Below, in pieces: positions 34,326 to 47,300 of a DNA stretch of 64,000 bases. Position 1 is the first letter of the stretch; the number at the start of each line of letters is the position of its first letter. The stretch spans positions 24,366,001 to 24,430,000 of the forward strand of contig NC_135251.1 in NCBI RefSeq assembly GCF_964204865.1, given 5' to 3'. The translations under genes were made by a program, and so were the position numbers. The DNA is from Styela clava (Eukaryota). Under the pieces are notes generated by a model. It was given only the letters and a program-made list of their open reading frames with translations, was not told the DNA's origin and ran no database searches.

Positions 34326-34398
34326 TTTATTTAGCAGAATCAGTAAAAAAAATCCAAGTGTGCAATGCCAGCATATGATGCAGCCTTGGGGTGCAGAG
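34326..34398 (-). promoter_or_regulatory. PIE-like U1A-binding hairpin and poly(A) signal in the SNF/U1A 3' UTR
   Basis: Minus strand reads cUCUGCACc CCAAG GC UGCAU cau AUGC ug GC AUUGCAC a CUUGG, followed by AAUAAA 28 nt after AUUGCAC (AUUGCAC at 34366-34360). Confidence 0.55.
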
Positions 34399-34545
34399 TA
34401 TGAAAACAAATATCGCCAACTTACGATCACAAAAGAGATAGGAGAAAAAATATCAATTCTCTCCCTCCCAGTATTCCAAATACTTCATAACAATTTTGGT
34501 TCATCATCAATTTGAATCACGAAAAACACTACCTACAATGGCAGA

Positions 34546-37500
34546 TCATTTTTTAGCAAAAGTGACATGCATTGCGTGAGTTGGAGAAATTTTGAAACCT
34601 TCCAGTGAGTCTTTTGCAGATGCAGATTGTCCTTCATTATCGAATTCAACAAACGCAATGTCATGTCTGCCAGGAACCATACGTATTTCTTTAAATCCTG
34701 GGAACCTGAACATTTAACGTACAAAGTTAATCTTCTTAACTCATGAAACTAAAAATAACAGTAATATAAGAATTGACACTATCAGTTGTTGAACAATCCT
34801 TCCAAGCGAGCAACTTTCAGATAAATACCTGTTGCATAAAACTTTAAGCATTCCTTCATCTGTTTCCTCTGGCAAATTGTCCAAAAACAAAATATGATTT
34901 GGTGGATTGTTTCTGCCATCATCAGTTGGCTTCGTCCCAGGTACCACTACAAATGGCAAAATATGGAAATTGAACAAATAGCAAGAAAACAAAAAAATTA
35001 AATTTTTTAAAATCTAGTTTCAGACTAATTTCCATCTTCCATTCTTCAAGTTTTTAATAGCGATGTAATGAATCCAATTTTTACACATAAGTTGAATATT
35101 AATAACGTACAAACACTGCTACAAATAAATATCTTATCAAAGCCTACTTGGCATCATTCCTGGCATGGCTGCGGCTGCTGGTCCATTTGATGCTCCTTTT
35201 TTTGCCTGAAAGTGATGTAGATACATTTAAATAATATTTAAAACTACTGAATAACATGCAATGTTCCTAAGAGTTGAAAATCAACCTTGGATTTAGTTTC
35301 TTTCTTCTTTTTCTTCTTTGGTCTTTCCTGAAATGTTCCTTTGAGTTTCGCAATTATATCTGAATCTTTCTTGGAATAAGCGATTCTCTATACATCACAA
35401 GAAGCAAACAACAAAAATCAGTATAAATTGTTAAAAATATAAATTAACTTTTGTCAAATTGCACAGATATAGATAAAAAAGGGTTAATTTCAGAAGTGTT
35501 ACCATAGGTTTGTCGTAAAATGGAAAACCCTGCATTGAGCGTATTGCATTAGATGCACTCGATATTTCTTTGAAGATCACAAAAGCCTGCCCACGCATCT
35601 TCAATGTTTTAAGAGCCACAATGTCCAATATTTGTCCAAATTGTGAGAAGATCGCATAAAGTGACTTTTTTAACTCTGGAAAAAAATATTCATTATGTCA
35701 GTCAATTGCGCTGTTGTTAAAAAACTGACTGGGATATTTTTATGATAAAAACCACTAGGCCTACCCAAAAACTCATCTATTGAATACAGCAATATGGCTG
35801 GTATACCAGTATGCTGATTAGAGGTAAGATCGGGACCAAAAATTCCAGCCTGACCCGACCCCGACCCAACTGGATTTGCAGGCCAGACTCACCTGAGCCT
35901 GAATAATTAACTGGATTCGCAGGCCCGAGCCCGAAGCAAACCCGAAATTCTTAAAATAAGTCACGAAAATTTTGCAATGGTAAAGTATAGGAAGAATATT
36001 TCCGGGGGTCAAAGGTCGGGGAAAGGTCCATTACAGCTTTTTCTCCGTTTTACTCACATTATTTCTTTTATAACAAGTATTCCTTAGATTAGTATCCACA
36101 CATAGTTTTAGTATATATTTTTATAAAAAAAGTCAGCGATAGAGAAGCCCGACCCGAACATAATGATTGACATTTCAGGCCCAACCTTACCCGAATTTCG
36201 GGTCGGGCTTCAGATCTTAGCTCTAATGCTGATACAAGTCTATATTCTCTATAACTTCAGACAAAAAAATTGACATTTTACCACCCAAAATACTCTCAGG
36301 CTTGCAAATCCGCGCCCGAAAACGAGAGTCTAGGCATACTCTCGTCGACCTCCTAACGGAATTCGAAAGATTCAATGACGTCATAGTGACGTCACATATA
36401 CTCCCGTCCCAGGAAAATGTTACGCGAGTCAGGCACGAGTCAATGTGTCTAATTATATCTACGCACACACTATCTACACACCTACTTTCGCTCGATAAAC
36501 ACTACTCCGTCGGTACCCTCGTTCTGCGATATTGCTACTTGCGAGCGTCTCATTAAATACTAATCAAGATAGCTGCGTGCTCTGCGACGCCGTTTTCCCC
36601 GCACGACGTAAATGACCTAATTATGTATCGGGGTAATCGACCATTTTGCCATTTTGCAGGTTTTGCTGCAAACTGTGGACTGTGAATAACTCTCAACAAG
36701 TTACCCTACAAAGAAAATAATAACTCAAGTTTTGCAAAATAAAGGGAGGAACTTTAATAAACGGCAGTCGCCGTTGCCATCGCCTTTTTTTTTTTTTTTT
36801 TTAATAAACAAAACCATTCATGCAGTCTGGCATTTGCCGTACAAACTGAAATCTATAAAATAAGTTCGCATGTAGCAGATGAGTTCATGCAAAATAAACA
36901 TCGCACAGAAAGAACGAAATTGAATATTAAACGCTAATCGCCGCCCGTCGACTTCGCATCATTTAAAATGTATAAAAAGAAAGGTTAGAAATTGTGTCGA
37001 CGAACAAAGAAATGCGTGAGACGCTTTCAGGTTCACATATCACAGTTTTAGTCTTCTTCCGACGAGCTATCGTCGATGTTTATTAGTTGAGTCTGTACCA
37101 AGCTGGGCTTTGCCGTTTCCAACCCCCCTAAAATTGAATTTATACGTCGTTTCACGAGACCTCGTTCAGACGTCCCATCGCTTCCCATAGATCGGGCGGA
37201 AGCCTTGTTGACCAGATTTTCTCGAATGGCCCCGTCTTCGAACTGTTCTTTTCGTGTGGCAATTAATAGAAGATCTTTTATCATATTGTGTCCGAGATGT
37301 GATCGCCAATCAGTGAGAATTCGCCATAAACAACTGAACCCTCTTTCGACAACAGCATTTGAGAATGGTAAGCAAAGCACTAACTCGACAACGATTAACA
37401 AATTTTTATACGCCTCCTTTTTTCGCTGGTGCAACTTGTGCCAAAAGTCGGTAGTGCTCAAATCTTTGTAAACCTCATTTCCCTGGACGTCATACTTCAA

Positions 37501-40500
37501 ATCATCCCATTCTTTCAAGCATGCACCCTTCTCGCACCCAGCTGCGTGTAGAGGTACTTTGAAGTACTCAAAGACTTGTGAAAGATCCTGATTGCCATAT
37601 TCAGGGACGGACGCATTAATCCCGCCATCCGACATCAAGATTTCAGGGTTCAGCCATGATAACTTACTCAAAATGTTTTCTTGTTCTTCTATTTCTGTAA
37701 ATCGCTCGTCCAGGCAATCACGCAGATTTCTTATGCATTGCGATCTTGTTGTTTGGGATCTCTGGATGATGGTTTCCTCTGCAGAATGAAAAACCACGCT
37801 TTCCTCGTGTTCCAGGAGTCTGGCGGTCGGTGTTTCACGCCTTTTACAAGTAATGCGTATTGCCTTCGTTTGTCCACCATCTTCGTGTCTGGTAAAACGG
37901 AACGGAAGCGGAGTGCAATTTAGGTCGCCCCTGTCATAAGCATCGAGCGCTTCTCGCTCTGCAGGACCGCCGCGAAGTTCCATAGAAGTTAATTTCATTT
38001 TCAACCGTTTTATCTGCTTGGTAGCGTCAATAATGGATGACCCGTCATGATCTGATTGTATTGCGATTGACGTGGCAGATACCCAATTTACGATATCCTC
38101 GTATTGGCGACATAGGATATAGAACTTGAAGCTGTGAAGATTAACAAGAAATTTCTCAGCCTTCATATCTGACTCAGCCTCCCTCTGGTTAGTGAAATGA
38201 TGGATGTAAACAATCCAATTTGTTTTTAGCGCATGGAGTGCGTTGAGTGTGTGTGCCACAAATCTTGTGCCTTGCGACTTTGGTACACTAACAACCGCGG
38301 TCTGCAACTTTTCTGCCGCATTACATGCGGCGGCCCATTCTTTAGGGCTATTCCGAAAATGATAATATGTGTCAATAAGGAAGTCAATAACTTGTTTGAA
38401 ATGGGGGGTCAATGCGTCTTTCGATGCTAGTTCAATTCGATGTGAATAGCAATGTAGTTTGATTAGCCGACCAGGGCACACGTCCTCCCATTTTTTAAGT
38501 AAACCCGTTTTACGCCCAAAGTTAACAGCAGCGCCATCGGCGCCGGCCCCGATAATTTTTGAAGAAAAAGGCTTAATAAGTTCCACAAGATTTCAATGGG
38601 TGTCTCACAATTTGTTGTTATATCGGGAATCAGGAAACTCAACAGAGAGCGCAATGTAGCGTGGTACAAATTGTTAGCGTCCACTCGAACATATTCCTTC
38701 ATTGAAATCAAGTCAATTTCGTGTACAGCTGGTTTGCATTCGTGCGCTATTCTTATGTAAATTAGTTCCGACTCGTACGATAACTTGCGCTTGGCGACTG
38801 TTGACCCATCCACCATCCAGCTTAAAAAATTTACTTTTTTGTGCACTTCATTTCTCATTGAGGACAATATCTCCTCCGCGAGAATATGTATAAAGGCTTT
38901 ACAACCTTCTCTGTTACCATAGGACGTGGTTATTTTGCCGCCATTGTCTGCGCACAGTTGTAATAAGTCCGCAAACGCATTGAAAGGCAGTTCCTTCCTA
39001 GAGACATACAGTGAAGTACGAACAAGAGGTTTTATGGCGTTCTCCGCCCTCTGTTTTTGGCAGCCCCATAAGCGAGCGATACTTGTTTGCGTCGGGAGCT
39101 TCCCATTCTCAATTTCGACACACTTTAAGTGGCCCTCGGAATTGAGGTGTCGTTCTAAATTATATCTTAAAATCCAGTTGGTGCCATTCTCCCCGTAAGT
39201 CGTCACATCATTAACAACTTTGCCTCCATAGCCGCGCTGTATTCTGTCACAATGTTTTTTGCATACAATGCATGCTGCATGTACGACTTTGGTATTATCT
39301 TCGTTGAAACCGAACGTAAAACTGTCCTTTAATCTGTTTGGCCAAAACTTCCAGGCCGCTACAGAGACGGACCTTGATTTTTCCTCCATTTACTCAATCA
39401 TACAATTCATAATATCTCCTGTGGTATTTTTAAACAAACAAAAAAACGGTGTTACGCAAAGATACCCTTTTACCGGTAATTTACAACAAAACAGCCGTTA
39501 ATATAACTAATTAATTACACTAGCCCTAGTCTTACCGACATCTCATCTTTGTTAGTCTGCAACACTTCTATTAAATTCATAATACGCATTTGCAGTCTGC
39601 CTTATTACAAGGGAACATTCTGCATTCGCCAACGCCAAGTCGTCCGGAGGCGTGCCCGTGCTTGATTCCTCGCTTTTCGCTGTAATGTACTATTGTGACA
39701 TCATAAACCATCGCCCGCAAACGATTTTACGTCACTAAAGAATAAAGAGAGAGAGGCGGCGGAAAAAAATCGCCTCGGACTCTCGTGTACTGCTGGACGC
39801 GAGTAATGACGTTTTTTACGGGAGTAATAGCTAGACTCGGGTAGGGCAAAATACGCGAGTCTAGACTAGAGTATGACTCGCGTACTCGCGTAGATTTGCA
39901 AGCCTGTACTCTTATAAGAGTATATTAACTATAGGAATTGTGTATGCTGGTACGGGTTTGCATAGATACCGAACAAATACCATTGGCAAATTGGGTCTCC
40001 TGAAGTACGCGCCCTCAAGTACTTCTAGTGGGTGTAGCGCAGCGATTTTTGCTTATGATATTCCTAACCCTCACCTAAGTTCGTTACCCAAAAATTACAT
40101 CACTCGACATCACAATTGCGTCATAGAGCTTGCTAAAGTATTGCTACGATTTTCCGAAATAAACTATAATAAACTCACTATTGCCAGCGACCTCTCTCTC
40201 TCTCTTATCGTTATGACGGGAAAACGAGATAAATTGCTTGCTCGATTTCGGATGATTGTTTGCGCGACATACTGTATACTTTGGAGGGCCGTATGACGTC
40301 TCTGCGACTTCGCAGTGATGTAATTTTCGGATGTTGTACACAGGTAGGGGTTAGGAATGACATATGCAAAAATTGTTGAACCAGGCCAACTAGAAGTATA
40401 AGTGGGTGTGTACTTCAGGAGACCCTGTAAATTGGTCAACCATTCAACACATAGGCAGTAGAGATACCGTACTGAAATGGATCAACCAACTACTTCATTA

Positions 40501-40681
40501 AACAGTTCAAGTATGAGTTTATTTCGATCCCATAATCAGCATAACAGGAGATAAAATAGTTATTTTACAAAAACTAATGAATAAAACCTGAATATAACAG
40601 TTATATGAAAATCTCACCTTCCTTCTTAACTTTCTCGTTAAGATTGTTCACATAAACTGTGTTGTTGGGTTTAATATCCAT
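34546..40681 (-). CDS. SNRPB2: U1A/U2B''/SNF-family snRNP protein with two RRMs. Exons 40681-40618, 35675-35503, 35387-35286, 35205-35148, 34946-34829, 34705-34546
   Basis: [56 protein letters not shown], a Lys-rich linker, and [15 protein letters not shown]...IAFVEF...FAKK*. The RRM1 loop ([15 protein letters not shown]) is SNF/U2B''-like, so the SNRPA versus SNRPB2 name is ambiguous. Confidence 0.93.
35819..36225. mobile_element. hAT-type MITE
   Basis: TIR TAGAG(G/C)TAAGATC, perfect TSD atgctgat, CCCGA repeats. Confidence 0.85.
36297..39906 (-). mobile_element. Full-length hAT-superfamily DNA transposon (3.6 kb) in SNF intron 1
   Basis: 14-bp TIR CAGGCTTGCAAATC...GATTTGCAAGCCTG flanked by tactct on both sides (6 bp); internal transposase. 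Confidence 0.92.
37048..39389 (-). pseudogene. ZNF862-like hAT transposase split by a single frameshift near 38592 (about 780 aa if repaired)
   Basis: ORF1 has C..C/H...H zinc-finger-like residues and WMVDGST. ORF2 has [20 protein letters not shown] and the C-terminal dimerisation motif [13 protein letters not shown]...TDWRSHL. Adding one A in gaaatc joins the two frames (IENLVELIK). Confidence 0.85.
39993..40425. mobile_element. MITE with GGGTCTCCTGAAGTAC TIRs; a related copy is at ~57740-58095 in ATG14 intron 1
   Basis: Inverted ends gggtctcctgaagtac/gtacttcaggagaccc. Internal sequence (gacatatgcaaaaattgttgaaccaggccaact, gcttgctcgatttcgg) is shared with the ATG14-intron copy. Confidence 0.8.
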
Positions 40682-41313
40682 GATAACGTTGTAATAACAG
40701 ATTGTTGCTATCTGACATTCACCTCCGGCGATTCAACAAACGGCGGCACCTCAGTACTCGTGGCGAATGCAAGCCGAATCAGAACACACCGCTGGTGTCT
40801 ATACCTACCGCCTATGCGGAATAATAGTGTTCCCAAAAAATAAAAAAGTTGCTCGATTAAAATAGATATCCAAGCAACGACAGTGCCGACAGGCCTTATA
40901 GAAAACTGCAAAGACATAACGTAATATAAATTCTAAAATAATAGTAACTATATTTTAATATTATTCTGAATTTTAAAATCATATATAAAAAATATGTCAG
41001 GGTTATCTAAAAATTTCTTGATTTTTCAATGATGTTTGCAAAATTAGGAGCACGATTTCGTTTTGCATGTACTTGAAACTTTATTTTTTTACTGTCAAAT
41101 GTTTCAATTGTGATATTAAATTTTGAAAAAGTGAATTCTTTCAGTCAGTCCGGTAAAGTGTCAATCGAAACCTCGTTGATGAGAAACCGTACTCCGCGTG
41201 GGAATCAGTTTAAATAGTAAATGTTTTGCGCTGGATTAACAGTGAGGGCCAGTATAGTCTGTTGAAGCCCAGGCGGCTAGGATGAGTGGAATAAATGCCA
41301 GCACGCTGCAATC

Positions 41314-44300
41314 ATGAAGCCAACTATTGAGGTAAGTGGGACTAGAAATGAATAAAATGTATAACATTTTAATAATGTACTGTTGGTAGGGTCTCCCTAA
41401 AACCAGGCACTCGCGAATTCAGACACTTTTTCAGGCACCATTTCAGGCACTTTGATATTTTTTTATTTTTACCGTACGTCATTGGGATTTCCAATTTACC
41501 TAACAGGATAATTAGACTTTGACTAATTTTTTGCATCCCTATATTGCAATAAAACAATATTATTTCCAATTTATTAGGGTATAAATAATTTTTCAATAGT
41601 AAAATGTGGCAACATTGATTACAAAATATAGAAATCAGGCACTTGTGAAATTTCAGGCACTTGGTAAAAACCTATTTTACAATGTATCTGATTACTCTAA
41701 AGCAGAAAATTAAATATATACACTTTGTATGGTTGAATTTTCAACTTTTTAGTAAAATACAATACCGTTTATGACTGATGGAGGCGTGTCATATTTCGCA
41801 AGTGCCTGATTTTTCATTTTTCTCAGTGACAGTTGCCATATTTTTTCGCAATTATTTTCTTAAATTATTTGCATCAGCACTTACTATTCTTTGCTTTCTA
41901 ACGCAAATTCATTGTTCCACAACAATTTGAGCGCTATTTAATACTGCAATGAGCAATACCATTTGACAACATATGGTCAACCATCGTACTTTCTGGATTT
42001 ATTTGAAATTGAATATGAATAATAAAATCTGGCAACCTCAAGCACAAAATACTAAAACCAGGCACTTGTGAAATTTCAGGCACTTCGTAAAAACCTATTT
42101 CTCGATGTTTTTACTTACTTTGAAGCAGAAAACTAAAATATACACTCTTTTGTATGATTGAAATGACGTCTTTTTGGTAAAAAACAAGAACGATTGGGAC
42201 TGGTCATGAGGGGTCAAATTTCGCAAGTGCCTGATTTTTCATTTTTTTCGATAACAGTTGCCATATATTTTCGCAACAATTTTTCTAGATTATTTGCGTC
42301 AGCACTTACTATTCTTTGCTATCTAACGCAAATTCATTGTTCCACAACAATTTGAGCGTTTTTAATATTGCAATGAGCAATACCATTTGACAACATATGG
42401 TCAACCATCGTACTTTCTGGATTTATTTGAAATTGAAAATGAATAATAAAATCTGGCAACCTCAAGCACAAAATACTAAAACCGGGCACTTGTGAAATTT
42501 CAGGCACTTCGTAAAAACCTATTTCTCGGTGTTTTTATACACTTTGAAGCAGAAAACTTAAATAAACACTCTTTTTTATGATTGAAATGACGTCTTTTTG
42601 GTAAAAAACAAAAACGATTGGGACTGGTGATGAGGGGTCAAATTTCGCAAGTGCCTGATTTTTCATTTTTTTCGATAACAGTTGCCATATATTTTCGCAA
42701 TAATTTTTCTAAATTATTTGAGTTAGAACTTACTAATCATTGCTTTTTAAAATAAATTCCTAGTTCTACAACAATTTCAGCGTTTTTACAATGAGCAATA
42801 TTATTTGACAACATATAGATAAACATCGTACTTTTTGGATTTATTTGAAATTGAATAGGAATGATAAAATCTGGCAACAGCGAGCACAAAATACTAAAAC
42901 CAGGCACTTGTGAAATTTCAGGAACTTCGTAAAAACCTATTTCTCGATGTTTTTACTTACTTTGAAGCAGAAAACTAAAATATACACTCTTTTGTATGAT
43001 TGAAATGACGTCTTTTTGGTAAAAAACAAGAACGATTGGGACTGGTCATGAGGGGTCAAATTTCGCAAGTGCCTGATTTTTCATTTTTTTCGATAACAGT
43101 TGCCATATATTTTCGCAACAATTTTTCTAGATTATTTGTGTCAGCACTTACTATTCTTTGCTATCTAACGCAAATTCATTGTTCCACAACAATTTGAGCG
43201 TTTTTAATATTGCAATGAGCAATACCATTTGACAACATATGGTCAACCATCGTACTTTCTGGATTTATTTGAAATTGAAAATGAATAATAAAATCTGGCA
43301 ACCTCAAGCACAAAATACTAAAACCGGGCACTTGTGAAATTTCAGGCACTTCGTAAAAACCTATTTCTCGGTGTTTTTATACACTTTGAAGCAGAAAACT
43401 TAAATAAACACTCTTTTTTATGATTGAAATGACGTCTTTTTGGTAAAAAACAAAAACGATTGGGACTGGTGATAAGGGGTCAAATTTCGCAAGTGCCTGA
43501 TTTTTCATTTTTTTCGATAACAGTTGCCATATATTTTCGCAATAATTTTTCTAAATTATTTGAGTTAGAACTTACTAATCATTGCTTTTTAAAATAAATT
43601 CCTAGTTCTACAACAATTTCAGCGTTTTTACAATGAGCAATATTATTTGACAACATATAGATAAACATCGTACTTTTTGGATTTATTTGAAATTGAATAG
43701 GAATGATAAAATCTGGCAACAGCGAGCACAAAATACTAAAACCAGGCACTTGTGAAATTTCAGGAACTTCGTAAAAACCTATTTCTCGGTGTTTTTATAC
43801 ACTTTGAAGCAGAAAACTAAAATAAACACTCTTTTTTATGATTGAAATGACGTCTTTTTGGTAAAAAACAAAAACGATTGGGACTGGTGATGAGGGGTCA
43901 AATTTCGCAAGTGCCTGCTTTTTCATTTTTTTCGATAACAGTTGCCATATATTTTCGCAACAATTTTTCTAAATTATTTGAGTTAGAACTTACTAATCAT
44001 TGCTTTTTAAAATAAATTCCTAGTTCTACAACAATTTCAGCGTTTTTACAATGAGCAATATTATTTGACAACATATAGATAAACATCGTACTTTTTGGAT
44101 TTATTTGAAATTGAATAGGAATGATAAAATCTGGCAACAGCGAGCACAAAATACTAAAACCAGGCACTTGTGAAATTTCAGGCACTTTGTAAAAACCTAT
44201 TTCTCGATGTTTATACTTACTTTGAAGCAGAAAACTAAAATATACCCTCTTTTGTATGATTGAAATGACGTCTTTTTTGGTAAAAAAGAAAAACGATTGG

Positions 44301-47300
44301 GACTTGTGATGAGGGGTCAAATTTCGCAAGTGCCTGATTTTTCATTTTTTTCGATTACAGTTGCCATATATTTTTGCAATATATTTCATAAAATCATTTT
44401 CGTCAAAACTTAGTACTTACTATACTTTGCTTTCTCGGTAAAATGTTTTTTAAGACAATCCGATGTATATTGAGTGCTATTCTTATCGCTAATTTCAATT
44501 CGACGTCTGCCCGAAGGTGGTGCAAGTATTTATATTTGAAGTGAGTACATACCTCTTCAAAACGCCCAGATGGAAGATTGAACAAGTCGGAGTCAACAAA
44601 AATTCAATCACATTTGGAACGTTGTCGCACTGCATCGTCGCCACTCATATACTCTGAAATTCCGATGCATGAATTTTGCTTTCTGGAAAATAATAATTAG
44701 AGTGTCTGTTAAAGTGCGAAATGTATACGGGAGCACGTACAATATCAATGCTTCGTTTGCAAGCGTTGATATCATGATACATGTGAGAAAGTATCGAAAG
44801 CGAAATTGTGGAAGTGTAAAATTTGTATTCGGTAAGTCGGTGTTGCAAATGTGGGCATTTTCAGGGCGCTCCCGTAGTAGCCTATGTGCTCCAAGATGGC
44901 GCACAACCTATTACCTCTATCTTGGTACACATACTTTGTTCGGGTTGTGTGCCAACTTTGTGCACATACTACGGGAGCACCATTTTCTGCACAACCTATT
45001 CTGATGCTCATTCGCGACATGAAGAAACTATACGCCCGACATATAAAAGTAGCAAAATATACACAAAACCTTTTCATGTTTAATTTCAAAACTGACATTT
45101 AAAAATTTCAATTCTTAGATCTGTGGTTTTACCTAATTGCAAGATACGTAAATCATATCATGTCAAAATAGAACAAATAGTAAGGAGTTTCATTGGATAC
45201 TCAATATTTCTAATAATTTTCAAACTGAAAGCTTCGATTAGTGTTCACTCATACACTTCCTTTGTGAAGTTGTGTTTTTAATGTTTTATCTCCTTAATAA
45301 ATTTAAATTCAAATTTATATCCCCAATTACTGATGAAGAAAGATCTATAATCGAGAGTTTAATACGGCTTCTGTGACATTAAAAACAATTACTGTTTTAT
45401 GTTTTTATATATTTGTAACTTTTTGAATAACGCAAAAAAAAATTGTTGACTGACTACTGGCGTGTTGAATATTGAAGGATTTTTATTGTAACATTCGTTT
45501 AACGATGCTTTTAAGCCTAACTTTGGGCATATCAGCTACCTGATGTCATTCGCCGAGCGAATTTTGTTTAGGTGACATTGCCATCTCGCATTTACCATCC
45601 TGTAGCCATTCTTCTTATTTGGGAACTACGTGTTTTACAGTTAGCTGTTACAGCATGAAATAATGTACAAATAATTCTACGTAAACTATCCATGAAATCC
45701 ATTCCATAAACTATCCATGAAAAGATATTACAGTCAGATCTTCAGGTTGTAAAGAATATTATACAACAGCAACAGCAAGTGATTGAATATCTTTATTGTA
45801 GCCGTGGTTGAACACCGCTGGTTGTCAATATAGATTTTGCACAGGCTTTTATACATTTTGTGAACGGTAAATTATGTTCTATTAGGGGATAATGTGACTT
45901 GGATACGTATTATAAAAAATTCTATACGACATAAGTTAATTGTTTCTCTTATGTAGTTTATATGAAGTCATAGGCCAAGTTACATTATTGAAATCGTCGT
46001 CCGATAACAATTAAAACTGGAATTTCGAACTAATATTGCCAGAAGACAAATTAGGTTCTTTATAACAATGCGATTGTTGCTGCCTGGGTAATATATTACG
46101 TCGAAATGTTTATAACAAATTAGAAGAAGTTTCAAACCAATTTCAAGGGTTCCGAACATTACTATAAAGATGTCGTCTGAATAACTAATATTCTTTAAAG
46201 ATCTGTCAAATTTAAACCCGTATTTAAATAATACATATGTCATACTTTTGAATTAATAAAAATAAACAACACAATGTCATTCAAACTTTACAATATTCAA
46301 ATAGTTTTGCAAAAGCGTGATTGGTTTAATTAAATACCGATTTCCGGATGTAGATACTGATGTTAAAAGTTTAATTCCATTTATGCTAAGTGGAGCTCTC
46401 ATACAAACATTGACTTTTATAAAATAATGCAATAGGGAAACAACATATAAAAAAAAGACAAAAATTATAGAGATATGGCAACTACCATTGACAAAACCAA
46501 AAAATCAGGCACTTGCTAAATTTGCCACATTCCTACCAGTGACAGTTCTTCTCGTTTTGAACAATAAAAATACCAAATTCAGTCATACAAAATATGTATA
46601 TTTGGATTTTCGGCTTTAAAGTAATCAAAAACATCGGGAAATGGTTTTTTACAAAGTGCCTGAAATTTCACAAGTGCCTGATTTTAGTATTTTGTGCTTG
46701 CGGTTGCCAGATTTTATCATTCCTATTCAATTTCAAATAAATCCAAAAAGTACGATGGTTATCTATATGTTATCAAATGATATTGCTAATAGCATTATTA
46801 AAAACGCTGAAATCGTTGTAGAACTAGGTATTTCCTTTAAAAAGCAATGATTAGTAAGTTCTGACGAAAAAGATTTTATGAAAAGTATTGCAAAAATATA
46901 TGGCAACTGTAATCGAAAAAAATGAAAAATCAGGCACTTGCGAAATTTGACCCCTCATCACCAGTCCCAATCGTTCTTGTTTTTTACCAAAAAGACGTCA
47001 TTTCAATCATACAAAAGAGTGTATATTTTAGTTTTCTGCTTCAAAGTAAGTAAAAACATCGAGAAATAGGTTTTTACGAAGTTCCTGAAATTTCACAAGT
47101 GCCTGGTTTTAGTATTTTGTGCTTGAGGTTGCCAGATTTTATTATTCATATTCAATTTCAAATAAATCCAGAAAGTACGATGGTTGACCATATGTTGTCA
47201 AATGGTATTGCTCATTGCAATATTAAAAACGCTCAAATTGTTGTGGAACAATGAATTTGCGTTAGAAAGCAAAGAATAGTAAGTGCTGACGCAAATAATT

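Noticed and set aside
38580-38600. Programmed ribosomal frameshift in the transposase
   Set aside because: No X XXY YYZ slippery heptamer or obvious stimulatory structure; a 1-nt deletion or sequencing error is simpler.
41801-44420. CRISPR-like array or repeat-protein gene
   Set aside because: Eukaryotic context, ~420-bp units with no unique spacers, and the ORFs at 43997-44329 and 46641-46850 are just mirror translations of the repeat.
44403-46243. Transposase or captured gene in the foldback spacer
   Set aside because: Only short overlapping ORFs on both strands, partly produced by a palindromic MITE; no DDE or MULE motifs recognised.
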